Shown: positions 1 to 9,829 of the stretch, piece after piece
How the letters are laid out: each line of letters starts with the position of its first letter
Position numbering within the stretch: the stretch's first letter is position 1
Assembly: GCA_963701385.1 (NCBI GenBank)
Contig: CAVOZW010000006.1
Coordinates: 143,798-207,797 of the forward strand
Source: an uncultured delta proteobacterium
Lineage (GTDB): Bacteria > Desulfobacterota > Desulfobacteria > Desulfobacterales > B30-G6
Direction: 5' to 3'
Length of the DNA: 64,000 bases
Notes under the pieces: model-generated
Seen by the model: only the letters and a program-made list of their open reading frames with translations
Database searches by the model: none
Told to the model about the DNA's origin: nothing
Position numbers and translations under genes: made by a program

Positions 1-2
1 GA

Positions 3-1217
3 TTGAACACGGCCAGGGACATGGGAAAATTCATGGCGGATTATTACTATGAATTGGATGGCGCCTCAAAAAGCGGTAAGCAAAAAATTGCCTGGTGCAC
101 CAGCGTGGGACCCGCGGAAATTCTCAGGGGAATGGGTTTTCTGACCTATTTTCCGGAAACCCATTCGGCCATGCTCGGCACAACCCGCATGGCGGTGGAT
201 CTGATACCCAAGGCCAATGCCATGGGATATTCTCCGGAAATATGCTCTTACCTCACCGCCGACATAGGCGCCTTCGTGGAAGGGGTCTCGCCTTTATCCC
301 GGGCATTCAAGGGTATTGAAGGTGTTCCCAAACCGGATGTTTTGGTGTTCAACACCAACCAGTGCCGGGATGTGCAGGATTGGTTTGCCTGGTATGGTGA
401 AAAATTCAATGTGCCGGTTGTGGGCGTCCACACGTACCGGGGCGTAAAGGACGTCACCCCTTCACACATAACGTCCATCGCCAGGCAGATGGAAAACATT
501 GTCGAACCTCTGGAAAAAGTTGCCGGGCGCAAACTCGATATGGATGAATTCAAGCACGCCGTTATGTTGTCCAGAGAGTGCTCGGACCTGTGGGAAAAAT
601 GCCTTGCAGCAGCCGCGGCAAAGCCCTCTCCGATCTCTTTTTTCGATGCCACGACCCTCATGGGCCCGGCCGTCGTCGGTCGCGGAACCCAGAAGGCCAT
701 CGATGCATACACCCTGCTCCTGGAAGAGCTGGAAGAACGCGTCGCCCAAGGCGTCGGCACCATCGATCATGAGCAGCACCGCATTTACTGGGAAGGTATG
801 CCGGTTTGGGGTCGTCTGAGCATGCACTCCAAACTGTTTGCCGCCCTCAATGCCAATGTCATTGCATCTACCTACTGTAGCTCCTGGATTTTTTCGGCTC
901 TCGACCCGGATGATCCCTTCAACAGCATGGCCAGGGCCTACACCGAGCTCTTTATCGTCAGATCCGACGAATACAAAGAGCAGTACATCAAGAACAAGCT
1001 CGATTTTTTCAATATCGACGGGGTGGTCTATCACGATGCCAAGACCTGCCCCAACAATTCCAACTGCCGCTATGGCATGCCGCAACGCCTCGAAAACGAG
1101 ACCCACATACCGAGTCTCACAATCAACGGCGACTTGAACGATCTACGCCTCCTGTCCGATGAACAGACCAAGACCAATGTGGAAGCTTTTATGGAACAGT
1201 TGGAGGAGAATAGTTGA
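3..1217 (+). CDS. 2-hydroxyacyl-CoA dehydratase / benzoyl-CoA reductase family subunit (HgdA/FldB-like), probably 5'-partial
   Basis: AWCTSVGPAE, GYSPEICSY, NTNQC, IDGVVYH..C and QTKTNVEAFME motifs typical of the family. Confidence 0.85.
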   Translation: MNTARDMGKFMADYYYELDGASKSGKQKIAWCTSVGPAEILRGMGFLTYFPETHSAMLGTTRMAVDLIPKANAMGYSPEICSYLTADIGAFVEGVSPLSRAFKGIEGVPKPDVLVFNTNQCRDVQDWFAWYGEKFNVPVVGVHTYRGVKDVTPSHITSIARQMENIVEPLEKVAGRKLDMDEFKHAVMLSRECSDLWEKCLAAAAAKPSPISFFDATTLMGPAVVGRGTQKAIDAYTLLLEELEERVAQGVGTIDHEQHRIYWEGMPVWGRLSMHSKLFAALNANVIASTYCSSWIFSALDPDDPFNSMARAYTELFIVRSDEYKEQYIKNKLDFFNIDGVVYHDAKTCPNNSNCRYGMPQRLENETHIPSLTINGDLNDLRLLSDEQTKTNVEAFMEQLEENS

Positions 1218-1270
1218 TCCAAGGAATCAAGGGCAATGGCTAAAATATGGTAAAACGCGGGGAAACGAAT

Positions 1271-1401
1271 AAACATCGAACATCCAACGTCCAACATCGA
1301 ATTTTCAATGAACAGATATAGAAACAGGGCTAGCGCCCGGGTTTTTTCATTCATCATTCATCATTGAACGTTCGACGTTCGATGTTCGATGTTGGACGTT
1401 C
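1271..1401. repeat. Inverted element of AACATCG/CGATGTT 7-mer tandem repeats, no cargo
   Basis: Left arm aaacatcgaacatccaacgtccaacatcga; right arm ttgaacgttcgacgttcgatgttcgatgttggacgtt. Confidence 0.85.
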
Positions 1402-1442
1402 ATCTTTTTAATTCATCATAAAAGTAGGATAGGAGAATTGGC

Positions 1443-3523
1443 ATGTTAGACACACTATTTCAGACCCAAATCCGTCGCCGTCATCGGCGCATCCACCAAA
1501 GAACTGTCCATCGGCAATCGTGTCATCCGAAACCTGGTGGATTTTGGTTTCAAGGGACCCATTTTCCCTATCAACCCCAAAGCGGATGAGGTGAGAGGCA
1601 TCAAGGCCTACAAGTCGATACTGGATGCCGCTGACAATATCGACGTGGTCCACATGGTCATTCCAGCCAAATTCGTGCCCATGGCAGTCGAAGACTGCGG
1701 CAAAAAAGGCGTCAAAAACATCATTATCAATTCAGGCGGCTTTTCCGAAATCGGCCCCGAAGGCGCGGTCTATGAAAAAGCCTTTCTCGAGAAGGCCAGG
1801 CAATTCAACATTCGCGTGCTGGGCCCCAACTGCCAGGGAATCATCAATACGGATCCCGAGGTAAGGGCTTACTGTAATTTTACGTTTACCAAACCGGATA
1901 TCGGGCACATCTCTATCGTGGCGCTCAGTGGCGGCGTCGCAGAAGTGATCCACCAGGGATTTTCCGCCATGGGCGTTGGCACACGTATCTATGCCTCAAA
2001 CGGCAATGCCTGTGACATCACGATTCCGGAAATCATTCAATACCTCGGCGATGACGATGGTACGCGGGTTATCGTCACCTATGTCGAAGGGTTGAGGGAT
2101 CCGGCGACTTTCATGAAGGTCGCCCGCGAGGTTGCAGCGAAAAAGCCGATCCTGGCCATGAAGGCCGGCCGAACCAAGCAGGGCGCCAAAGCGGCAGCAT
2201 CTCACACCGGTGGTCTTGCCAAGGAGGATCTTGCAACAGATCTGATTTTCAAAAAGGCGGGCGTACTGACGTTCATGGACGAGGGGGAGTTGATCCAGGC
2301 TGCAGCGGCGTTTGCATCCCAGCCCATACCCAAAGGCAATCGCGTGGGCATCATCACCAATACGGGGGGCCCTGCGGTCATAGCCACCGACATCCTCGTG
2401 GGTGCCGGCGCCGAGATTCCCCCGCTGCCGCAGAAAACGGAAACCCTACTTAAAGGCAGCCTTTTCCCGGAAGCATCCATCAACAACCCGGTGGATGTTC
2501 TGGCCACGGGAAATGCCGCTCATTACCGAACCTGCATGGATGCCATGATGGCAGACGATACCTTCGATGCCCTGTACATTAATTTTGTGACGCCTTTTTT
2601 TGTCGATACGGACAGCATCGCCAAGGAGATTGCCGCGGTCAATCAGCTGGGAATCAAGCCCTTGGTCTGCAATTTAATGACCGACAAACAACAGTGGGTG
2701 ACAACGACCCAAATCCTTATGCAGGCACAGGTTCCGACCTACGCCCTGCCCGGAGAGGCCGCACGCGCCATGACGGCACTGGTGCGCTACCAGGGCATTC
2801 GTTCCCGCGACATCGGAGACCCCAAGGTGTTCGACGACGTTGAAACGGACAAGGTCAGTGACATTCTCACCCGGGCCAAAGAGGCCAAGCGCGCCTTCTT
2901 GCCGGCTGCGGATGTTTACGACATTCTGGGGGCCTATGGCATTCCCACGGCAAAATGGTCCCTGGTGACCACCGCCGAACAAGGCTGTGTCCGCAGCCGA
3001 CGCCCTGGGTTATCCGGTTGTTGTCAAGGCGGACGCCGCTTCCATCGTGCACAAAAGCGACCTGGACGCTGTGGCCCTGAATCTTAAAAATGCCGCTGAC
3101 GTTCAAAAGACCATCAAGGAAATGCGTGCGCGTCTGGAAGCCGACGACCTCGCCTTCCTGGTCCAGAAATATCTTCCCGGGGGATTGGAAGTTATTCTGG
3201 GAGCCAGGGCTGAACCGGGTCTGGGCCATTTGGTCATGTTCGGGATGGGGGGTATCTACGTTGAAGTACTCAAGGATGTGGTGTTCAACCTGACGCCGGT
3301 AACCGCCTTCGAGGCAAACGAAATGCTCGACGCCATTCAGTTGTCCCCTATTCTCAAGGGCGTTCGCGGACAAAAAGGTGTCCATCGAAAGGGCATCATG
3401 GACATCATCCAACGGCTGTCCCAGCTGGTCTCGGACCATCCCACGATCCAGGAACTGGATCTGAACCCCACCCTGGCGTTCCAAGACCGCGTGGTGGTGG
3501 TGGATGGACGAATTAGTATCTAA
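1443..3523 (+). CDS. Acetate/acyl-CoA ligase (ADP-forming), fused alpha-beta; frameshifts near 1460 and 2990
   Basis: ATG 1443 after GGAG; RPKSVAVIGAS, LGPNCQG, AASHTG, NNPVD; ATP-grasp part in ORF 2987..3523 (IVHKSD, VMFGMGG, ELDLNP). Confidence 0.9.
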
Positions 3524-3801
3524 TTTTTAATTTTGAATGTTTAATTTTGAATTACTCAGTTCATAGCTCATAGTCGTAGGTACTGAGGATATGCTGGGAA
3601 GCGAGGATGCTGGGAGCATGAACTGTGAAGCAGCTATGAGCTATCACCTATGAGCTATGAGCTGTTATCAGCATCCCAGCGTCAAGCATCAAAAAAAACC
3701 CAATAAACCCAATGAACTCAACAAACCCAATGAACTCAACGAACCCAACAAACCCAATGAACCCAACAAACCCAATGAACCCAACGAACTCAACAAACCC
3801 T
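3521..3801 (+). repeat. Composite repeat element (TTTTGAA, AGCTCAT/ATGAGCT, GCTGGGAA blocks and AACCCAATG 9-mer array)
   Basis: Core gctgttatcagcatcccagcgtcaagcatc recurs near 15720 and, inverted, near 22690-22730. Confidence 0.85.
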
Positions 3802-3816
3802 AAGAGAGGAAAGCGT

Positions 3817-5367
3817 ATGACCGCCTGGATGAATTTGGGTCAGCAGCTGAAAATGAATGCTTCCAAGTACCCCCATACCATAGCGCTGGCAGACAAAGAC
3901 CGTAAATTCACCTACCCCGAGACCAACCAGCGGGTCAATAAATTGTGTCATAGCCTGCTGTCATTGGGATTAAGCAAGGGTGACAAGGTGGCGGTGTTCA
4001 TGGAAAACTGCATCGAGATCGTGGAAATATTTCTGGCCACAGCCAAAACCGGCCTGGTGATCGTTCCGATCAATTTTCGACTCGTGGGAAGAGAGGTTTC
4101 CTACATCGTCGACAACTCGGATGCAAAAGCCTTCATTGTGCATGACGAGTTCACGCCCATGCTGGATGAGATCAAGGCGGAACTCGAGAATATCGCGCCC
4201 GACAACTATATCGTCGTCGGCGAAGCCCGCGACGGCTATCGGGCCTATGAGTCTTTCATTGAAAAAAGCCCCCATCACGAACCCCAATGCCCTGTGGCAC
4301 CCCAAGACACCTGGATCCTGATTTACACCTCCGGGACAACCGGGAAACCAAAGGGTGTCGTTCGTTCGCACGAATCTCACATTGCCTTTTACCTGATCAA
4401 CGGCATCGACTTCGGATTCAACGAGCACGACGTGTGCTTGAACGTCATGCCTTTGTGTCACATCAACTCGACCTTTTTTACGTTCACGTTCACTTATATC
4501 GGAGCGACGGTCTATATTCATCCGGCGCGTTCGTTCCAACCCGAACAAATTCTCGACATTATCCAGAAACAAAAAATCACCTTTATTTCGCTGATCCCGA
4601 CCCACTACAACCTGATTCTGAATAGTTCGCAAAAAGCCAAAAATTACGATGTCAGCTCCATTCGAAAACTGCTCTGCTCCTCCGCGCCGGTTCATAAAAA
4701 AATGAAACTGGACATCATGGGTTTTTTCCCGGGCGTGCAGCTCTATGAGGGATATGGTTCCACAGAGGCCGGCATCGTCACGGTTCTGAAACCTGAGGAT
4801 CAACTTCGAAAGTTAGGCTCCATCGGAAAAGAGTCCCTGGGAACCGATTTTATCAAGCTCCTTGATGAAGACGGTCAGGACGTCGCCCCTGGTGAGGTGG
4901 GCGAATTGTATTCCCGGGGGCCCATGCTGTTTGACGAATATTACAAATTACCCGATAAAACAGCACAAGCCTTTCAGGGAGAATGGTTCAGCGCCGGTGA
5001 CATGGCCCGCAAAGATGAAGACGGCTTTTACCAGATCGTCGACAGAAAGGACAACCTGATCATCACCGGGGGAGAAAATGTCTATCCCAGTGAAATCGAA
5101 GAAGTTGTTGGTAGCAACGATTGCGTGTTCGACTGTGCCGTTATCGGCATACCGGATGACAAATGGGGCGAAAAAGTCGTCGCTGTGGTCATTCCCAAGG
5201 GTAACGAGACGGTCGAAATTACCGAAAAAATGATCGCGGATTGCTGCAAACAACAGATGGCGGGTTACAAACGACCCAAAGAAATCCTGTTCATAAAGGA
5301 AGAAGACATGCCGCGTACGCCCACGGGGAAGATCCTGCACAGGAAATTGCGGGAGAAATTTAAATAA
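3817..5367 (+). CDS. AMP-dependent acyl-CoA synthetase / long-chain fatty acid-CoA ligase
   Basis: YTSGTTGKPKG, YGSTE, GD, IITGGENVYP, TGKI motifs; RBS GAGAGGA before ATG 3817. Confidence 0.92.
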   Translation: MTAWMNLGQQLKMNASKYPHTIALADKDRKFTYPETNQRVNKLCHSLLSLGLSKGDKVAVFMENCIEIVEIFLATAKTGLVIVPINFRLVGREVSYIVDNSDAKAFIVHDEFTPMLDEIKAELENIAPDNYIVVGEARDGYRAYESFIEKSPHHEPQCPVAPQDTWILIYTSGTTGKPKGVVRSHESHIAFYLINGIDFGFNEHDVCLNVMPLCHINSTFFTFTFTYIGATVYIHPARSFQPEQILDIIQKQKITFISLIPTHYNLILNSSQKAKNYDVSSIRKLLCSSAPVHKKMKLDIMGFFPGVQLYEGYGSTEAGIVTVLKPEDQLRKLGSIGKESLGTDFIKLLDEDGQDVAPGEVGELYSRGPMLFDEYYKLPDKTAQAFQGEWFSAGDMARKDEDGFYQIVDRKDNLIITGGENVYPSEIEEVVGSNDCVFDCAVIGIPDDKWGEKVVAVVIPKGNETVEITEKMIADCCKQQMAGYKRPKEILFIKEEDMPRTPTGKILHRKLREKFK

Positions 5368-5390
5368 ATTTGAAATAGATTTTAGGTGTC

Positions 5391-5790
5391 AGACTATTAG
5401 ACTATTAGGCTGTTAGAGATAGAATTGCGAAATCACAAAAACTTAGGGCATTTGAACTTGCGGACGAAATCGCGCTGATTACCTATCGAATGACAAAGGA
5501 TTTTCCAAGAAGAGGTCTATGGTTTGTTCCCAAATGAGAGAGCGCGGTATCGATTCCTCAAACATCGTGAAGGTGTGCCGTGAAAGTCAGGTTGAATACT
5601 TCGTTTTCTGGAAATTGCTTTAGTTCCTAAGGGAGTTACATTATCAATTCGTTGGCCCAACGTTTGGGGTATGTGGACTCGATTGATTCAGAATGTCGAC
5701 TAAAATTGTGGAGACCGAAAAAGTCTTAGCTGCGCTGCTGAGATCTATGCGCAAAACCTAACAGTCTAATAGCCTAACAGCCTAACAACC
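5391..5790. mobile_element. Inverted GACTATTA/GGCTGTTA 8-mer repeat element enclosing a four-helix-bundle gene
   Basis: Left arm agactattagactattaggctgttag; right arm ctaacagtctaatagcctaacagcctaac; mobility is inferred, not shown. Confidence 0.65.
5425..5761 (+). pseudogene. Four-helix-bundle protein (23S rRNA IVS protein / Avd-like family), many single-base deletions; absent from the ORF track
   Basis: Reconstructs across frameshifts as MRNHKKLRAFELADEIALITYRMTKDFPKEEVYGLxSQMRRAAVSIPSNIVEGCARESQVEYxRFLEIAFSSLRELHYQ..LAQRLGY..ETEKVLAALLRSMRKT. Confidence 0.85.
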
Positions 5791-5861
5791 TCTTAAACAG
5801 CTGTACATAAATTACCATAATTAACAAATTAACTACAATATTATCTAAGGAGGAGATCACA

Positions 5862-7053
5862 ATGCTTAACAAAAGCCTTTATCCCCTACGGCGGCTACTA
5901 CAGCTCACCTTTTTGCCGCTGGCAAGGAAGCATGCAGAACGAAAATTCTATTGAACTTGGCGCTGAAACGTCTAAGCGGTGGCTTGCCGAAAAAGGATTT
6001 GATGCCGGTATGTTCGACTATCTTTTTCTCGGTATCACCATCAGTCAGATCCATCAGTTCTACGCAGCGCCCTGGGCCGCCGCCTTGATGGGGGCCGGTC
6101 ATATACCGGGGTTCACTTTGAGTCAGGCCTGCACCACCGGAACCACCTGTGTCTTTCAGGCCGCCGTTGGGGTGGAAACAGGGCTTTACCAAAATGCTTA
6201 CGTCCTGACCACGGACCGCACCTCCAACGGACCGCATACGATTTGGCCCAACCCCAAGGGACCCGGTGGTGAGGTCATTTCGGAAAACTGGCTCATGGAC
6301 AACTTCAACGCCGACCCCAATGTGGGTCTTCGAATGGTAGAAACTGCGGAAAATGTCGCCAAGGAAGAAGGTATCACAAAGGAGGCCTGTGATGCCGCGG
6401 CTTTGAAACGTTACCAACAATATCTCATGGCACTGGAAAACGAACGCGCGTTTCAGAAAAAATACATGTTTTCTGCCGAAATCAAGCTGTCCAAAAAAAA
6501 GAGCATCCTTGTCGAAGAAGACGAAGGCATTACACCTGCTACCGCTGAAGGCCTGGCCGGTCTCAGACCCTTGATACCCGGCGGTGTTCTCAGTTTTGGG
6601 GCTCAAACCCATCCAGCGGATGGCAACGCGAGCATGATTGTCACCACCAAAGAAAAGGCCCAAGCGTTGAGTGCCGATCCTTCCATGCCGATTCAAGTTC
6701 TGGCCTATGGTTTTGCCAGGGAGAAAAAAGGTTACATGGCCGCGGCGCCGGTTCCGGCAACCAAAATGGCCTTGGCCAATGCAGGACTCACTATCGGCGA
6801 CATGAAGGTCATCAAATCACACAACCCGTTTATCGTGAATGACCTCAATTTCGCCAAACAGTTCAATATCGATGTCAATGAGATGAACAATTATGGCTGT
6901 TCCATGATCTACGGCCATCCCCAGGGCTCCACGGCAACGCGTCTGATAATTGAAGGCATCGAAGAAACCGTCATGAAGGGCGGCGGTTATTTTCTCTGGA
7001 CCGGCTGCGCGGCGGGTGATAGCGGGGCGTCACTGATACTCAAAATCGGATAA
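5862..7053 (+). CDS. Thiolase family protein (frameshift near 5875)
   Basis: AGGAGG RBS; QACTTG, THPADG, GHPQG, GCAAGD motifs. Confidence 0.88.
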
Positions 7054-7111
7054 ATTCGTTGCACGAATTTATTGGACGCGACTGCGTCGCTGTTTTTAAC
7101 ACCCTGAACGC

Positions 7112-7154
7112 AAGAAGGATCTTCTCCAATTGATTTGGAGGAAGATCCTTCTTT
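7112..7154 (+). terminator. Probable intrinsic (bidirectional) terminator hairpin
   Basis: aagaaggatcttctccaa-loop-ttggaggaagatccttcttt between convergent genes. Confidence 0.65.
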
Positions 7155-7158
7155 ATTG

Positions 7159-7389
7159 GACGGTTTTGTAAAATGTTCATTGAAGAACCTGGCAGCAAGT
7201 GCAGGATCATCGACCGTAAGGAATTCTGTCTAATTTGATTCGCTCGCTAACCCCGCGTCAAGCCACGGGGAATGCGCGCTGTTGCGGTTCAAGGCGTGCA
7301 AATTTTGCAATCATGAGGCGTACTTATTGTACGTTGAATGATTGTGGAATGCAGCACAACGCCGAAGTTGGACTTTTTACGAAACCGTC
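7159..7389. mobile_element. MITE-like element with terminal inverted repeats, interrupted by a second element
   Basis: gacggttttgtaaaatgttca ... tggactttttacgaaaccgtc. Confidence 0.7.
7180..7292 (+). repeat. TTGAA...TTCAA palindromic element (REP/PATE-like), copy 1
   Basis: Near-identical to 16590..16708; contains a ccccgc...cgggg hairpin. Confidence 0.8.
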
Positions 7390-7403
7390 ATTTATGACAA
7401 CCG

Positions 7404-8006
7404 CTATAGCGGCACTTGATTGACACCCACCACAACCGGCCTGCCCTTCTGGTATTCAATCCGGTTGAGCGCCGCATAGTCCTGGGGAATGTCGAACAGG
7501 TCCTTGAGCGGTTTCTTTAAAACATGGCCCAAGATGATGCGGTTTACCCCTGCGTGCGCCACCAGGAGCACGTTTCCGCTCATATCTGATACTATTTTTT
7601 GAAACACCGGTATCACCCGGTCGTGAAGTTCCTGAAAGCTTTCGCCGTTGGGTATCTTAAAGCTGTCCATGTGTCTGCCCCGTTGCGCCCAGGCGTCCGG
7701 AAACCGAAGCTTGATGCTTTGCATGGCTTGCCCCTCCCAGTCGCCAAGATGGATTTCACGTAACTGCGGCATGATGTGAATATCCGATTCAGGCAGATCG
7801 GCCACCCCTTTGGCCGTTTCCAGCGCACGCACCAAATCGCTGGCATAGACCCTTTCGAAATCGACCCGCGAAAGTTCTTTTTTCCACCATGCTGCCTGTT
7901 GCAGCCCTTTTGAACTCAAGGGGACATCTGTTTGACCGATGTAGCGTTTTTCAGCGCTGTGGACGATCTCACCATGGCGGAGGAGGTAAAGCATGCGTCT
8001 TTTCAT
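7404..8006 (-). CDS. Histidine phosphatase family protein (CobC / alpha-ribazole phosphatase-like)
   Basis: LLRHGE, SDLVRA, LREIHLGDWEG, GESF, VAHAGVNR. Confidence 0.88.
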   Translation of the reverse strand: MKRRMLYLLRHGEIVHSAEKRYIGQTDVPLSSKGLQQAAWWKKELSRVDFERVYASDLVRALETAKGVADLPESDIHIMPQLREIHLGDWEGQAMQSIKLRFPDAWAQRGRHMDSFKIPNGESFQELHDRVIPVFQKIVSDMSGNVLLVAHAGVNRIILGHVLKKPLKDLFDIPQDYAALNRIEYQKGRPVVVGVNQVPL

Positions 8007-8061
8007 GGCATATTAAGGCATCAATGATTAATAACACCGGCTCTAAGCGTTTAACCGCTTA

Positions 8062-8313
8062 TAGCCCAACTTTCAGGCTTCGGCCTTGATAGAGCGAAAT
8101 GCGTGATCCAATGGTGATTTGCGCTGTTTGAGCCAATTAGGGCACCTTGCATCAGCGCATGGTAATGAATTTTCAATATGAAAACAAGATTATTTGGCAG
8201 CCATGCCTGTTTAACAATATGGCCAGCGCTGATGTTAGGAGCCCTTGCGGCGAGTTCGCAAAGCGCCAGGGGATTATTCATTTCGCGTTCGCTGAACCCA
8301 GAAAGGTGAGTTA
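8062..8313. mobile_element. Non-coding MITE-like element of about 250 bp
   Basis: Imperfect TIRs tagcccaactttcaggcttcggc..gcgaaat and atttcgc..gctgaacccagaaaggtgagtta. Confidence 0.6.
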
Positions 8314-8528
8314 TCGTTTAAAGCAACAGGACAATTGCTACCACCCCCGTACTCGAAGTCAAGCAAGGGCAGATCCGTTTAAGCGCTGGAATTCATCATC
8401 ATATTATGATAGCTTCCCTTGTATAAATGGCTAACATCCTTTTGACCATGTTTCCAGCATTCCAGTGTTCCATTATTCCACCTTCAATTTGTGCAGGAAC
8501 CTGTTATCGATTTGCGAAAGGTCGCATA

Positions 8529-9600
8529 ATGGAACCAACGCGTTTAAAAAACATCCATGCCCCCCTGCTCACATGGTATGATCAAAATCATCGCAATCTG
8601 CCCTGGAGAGAAACGAGCGATCCTTACGCCATATGGGTTTCGGAAGTGATGCTCCAGCAGACCCAGGTCAAAACGGTTGTCCCTTATTACGGGCGTTTTC
8701 TAACCAGATTCCCAACCATTCAGGATCTGGCCGCTTCGGATCTTCAGGCCGTGCTGAAGGCATGGGAAGGTCTGGGATATTACGGCCGCGCGCGCAATCT
8801 GCATCGTTCGGCCAAAATCATCTTGACGGAGCATCAGGGCGTATTTCCTGACACATGGAAGCCTGTCCGCCGACTACCGGGTATCGGTGATTATATCGCC
8901 GCTGCCGTTCTGAGCATCGCCTTTAACGGCCCCTATGCGGTTGTGGATGGAAATGTCAAGCGCGTGCTGGCACGGCTCTTGAAAATCGACACTCCGGTGA
9001 ATCAGGCATCCGCCGGCAACACGTTTAAAAAAAATGCCGATGCTTTGCTCTACAAGCATGATCCGGGCAAATACAACCAGGCCACTGATGGAACTGGGTG
9101 CCCTGATCTGTGCACCCGCTTCTCCTCTGTGCGGCACTTGCCCGATTCAGTCGGCATGTAAGGCCTACCAATCATCCAGCGTCGACATCTACCCCAAACG
9201 CGTTAAATCCAAACAGACGCCTTTGTACAATATCGCTATCGGTGTTGTTTTGAAACACAACAAGCTGCTCATTACACAGCGCCGGGCTGATGGCCTCTTG
9301 GGCGGGTTGTGGGAATTCCCGGGTGGCAAAATACAACCCGGGGAAACATCTGCGGCAGCTTGTATTCGTGAAATCAAGGAGGAGACCGGTTTGAAGGTGT
9401 CGATTTCTCAATACTTGACCCAGGTCAAGCATGCCTACACCCACTTCAAAATTGTCGTGGATGTGTTCGTTTGTGACCATGTTTCTGGTACGGTGACCCT
9501 GGACGGCCCGGTGGACCACCAGTGGATTACACTGGAACAAATTGACGACTTATCCGTTTCCCAAAGCGAATCATAAGTTTATTCCGCACCTCAGGGAGGC
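8529..9600 (+). CDS. mutY: A/G-specific adenine glycosylase with C-terminal NUDIX domain (frameshifts near 9085 and 9550; end approximate)
   Basis: WVSEVMLQQTQV, WEGLGYY, LPGIG, VDGNVKRV, MELGALIC..P.C..CP...C, LWEFPGG, FPKAN. Confidence 0.95.
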
Positions 9601-9603
9601 GAT

Positions 9604-9790
9604 GCGGCTGGAGGCTGGGAGGCTGGGATGCTGGGAAGATAGGATGCTGGGAAGCTAGGATGCTGGGAAGCTAGGATGCTGGGAGGCTGGGAAGCTAGAA
9701 TGCGGGAAGCCCCTATGAGCTTTGAGCTATCGAGCTATGAGCTGTCATCAGCATTCCTAGCATGTCTAGGCTCCCATCATATAGCTAATC
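9604..9790. repeat. GCTGGGAA/GCTAGGAT 8-mer array plus ATGAGCT 7-mers with a degenerate inverted arm
   Basis: ggatgctgggaagctaggatgctgggaagctaggatg...; same family near 27790, 38400 and 52395. Confidence 0.85.
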
Positions 9791-9829
9791 TTATACATTA
9801 ATTTAATATTTACAACCAATAGGTATTAC

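Noticed and set aside
3697-3801. CRISPR-like array, or the MNSTNP N-terminal extension of ORF 3712
   Set aside because: It is a 9-mer tandem repeat without unique spacers; the RBS points to ATG 3817; no cas genes are present
5425-5761. Diversity-generating retroelement suggested by the Avd-like gene
   Set aside because: No reverse transcriptase and no TR/VR pair with adenine-specific mismatches was noticed in the window
8010-8420. Cobalamin riboswitch upstream of the CobC-like gene, or an attC site
   Set aside because: No B12-box or convincing attC structure was recognised; TIRs explain the region better
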